A stretch of 64,000 nt of DNA from Mustelus asterias (Eukaryota). The stretch lies in assembly GCF_964213995.1 (NCBI RefSeq), contig NC_135825.1, forward strand, positions 12,338,001 to 12,402,000, given 5' to 3'. The notes beneath the pieces were generated by a model. That model was not told the DNA's origin, did not search any database, and saw only the letters and a program-made list of their open reading frames with translations. Shown piece after piece: positions 62,966-64,000 of this stretch (position 1 is its first letter; the number at the start of each line of letters is the position of its first letter). The position numbers were made by a program, and so were the translations under genes.

Positions 62966-63164
62966 GCAAAGTCTGCATTGGTGAAGAATCAGATGGAGAA
63001 GAATCAAACCAAAAGAAAAGGAACGAGCATATGGGCCACATGTTTTCAACACAACACGATATTGATGATTATACTGAGTACTATATACCTTCATTTGATT
63101 TACATGATACCATCCAGTCTTTCCAGAATCCATTAACACCTTCTACACAGATGGACTCATCTTT

Positions 63165-64000
63165 AGAACATATAACATTCCAGCGCAGTACAGGCCCTTC
63201 GGCCCTCGATGTTGCGCCGACCAGTGAAACCAATCTAAAGCCCCTCTAATCTACACTATTCCAATATCATCCATATCTTTATCCAATAACCAGTTGAACG
63301 CTCTCAACATTGACGAGTCCACCACTGCTGCAGGCAGGGCATTCCACGCCCTTACTACTGTCTGAGTAAAGAACCTACCTCTAACATCTGTCCTATATCT
63401 CTCACCGCTCAATTTAAAGCTATGTCCCCTCGTGCTAGCCAACACCATCAGAGGAAAAAGGCTCTCACCATCCACCCTATCTAATCCTCTGATCATCTTG
63501 TATGCCTCTATTAAGTCACCTCTTAACCTTCTTCTCTCTAACGAAAACAACCTCAAGCCCCTCAGCCTTTCCTCATACGATTTTCCCACCATACCAGGCA
63601 ACATCCTGGGAAATCTCCTCTGCACCCTTTCCAACACTTCCACATCTTTCCTATAATACGGCGACCAGAACTGTACGCAATACTCCAAATGTGGCCGCAC
63701 CAGAGTTTTGTACAGTTGCAGCATGACCTCCTGGCTCCGAAACCCAATCCCTTTACCAATAAAAGCTATCACACCGTATGCCTTCTTAACAACCCTATCA
63801 ACCTAGGTGCCAACTTTCAGGGATCTATGCACATGGACACCCAGATCCCTCTGTTCATCCACACTACCAAGTATCTTACCATTAGCCCAGTACTCTGTAT
63901 TCCTGTTACTCCTTCCAAAGTGAATCACCTCACACTTTTCCGCATTAAACTCCATTTGCCACCTCTCAGCCCAGCTCTGCAGCTTATCTATGTCCCTCTG
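63165..64000 (-). mobile_element. CR1 LINE 3' part (runs off the window)
   Basis: ORF 63251..63772(-): LYKTLVRPHLEYCVQFWSPYYRKDVEVLERVQRRF..RGDLIEAYK. Confidence 0.93.

Noticed and set aside
62765-63139. ORFs with DYLS/QTDN/RQII repeats as real proteins, or the repeat as a CRISPR array
   Set aside because: Translation of a 12-bp minisatellite with no spacers, in a eukaryotic context.

Overview
Vertebrate (non-prokaryotic) genomic DNA, most likely from a cartilaginous fish (inferred from abundant CR1 LINE fragments, HE1-like tRNA-derived SINEs and Penelope-type repeats). The main content is one spliced + strand immune-receptor gene (959..46444) that I reconstructed by hand as 19 exons with canonical GT-AG sites and compatible phases: a leader, seven tandem pairs of [CD300/pIgR-type IgV exon + C2-type Ig exon], a stalk, an uncharged TM, and a cytoplasmic tail with two ITIMs. 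The predicted protein is about 1609 aa with 14 Ig domains. Intron 2 carries a near full-length, degraded 8.3-kb endogenous retrovirus on the minus strand (LTR-gag-pro-pol-env-LTR, tRNA-Ser PBS, 5-bp TSD, TM protein of the ASLV/filovirus internal-fusion-loop type) and a 350-bp Penelope-derived palindrome. Downstream are two duplicated leader exons and promoters of a paralogous receptor gene (55195, 58235), a second, unrelated degraded viral fusion-protein (F-like env) gene, a 12-bp GATA-motif array, and many solo LTRs, SINEs and CR1 fragments. All translations and alignments were done by eye; no database searches were run.
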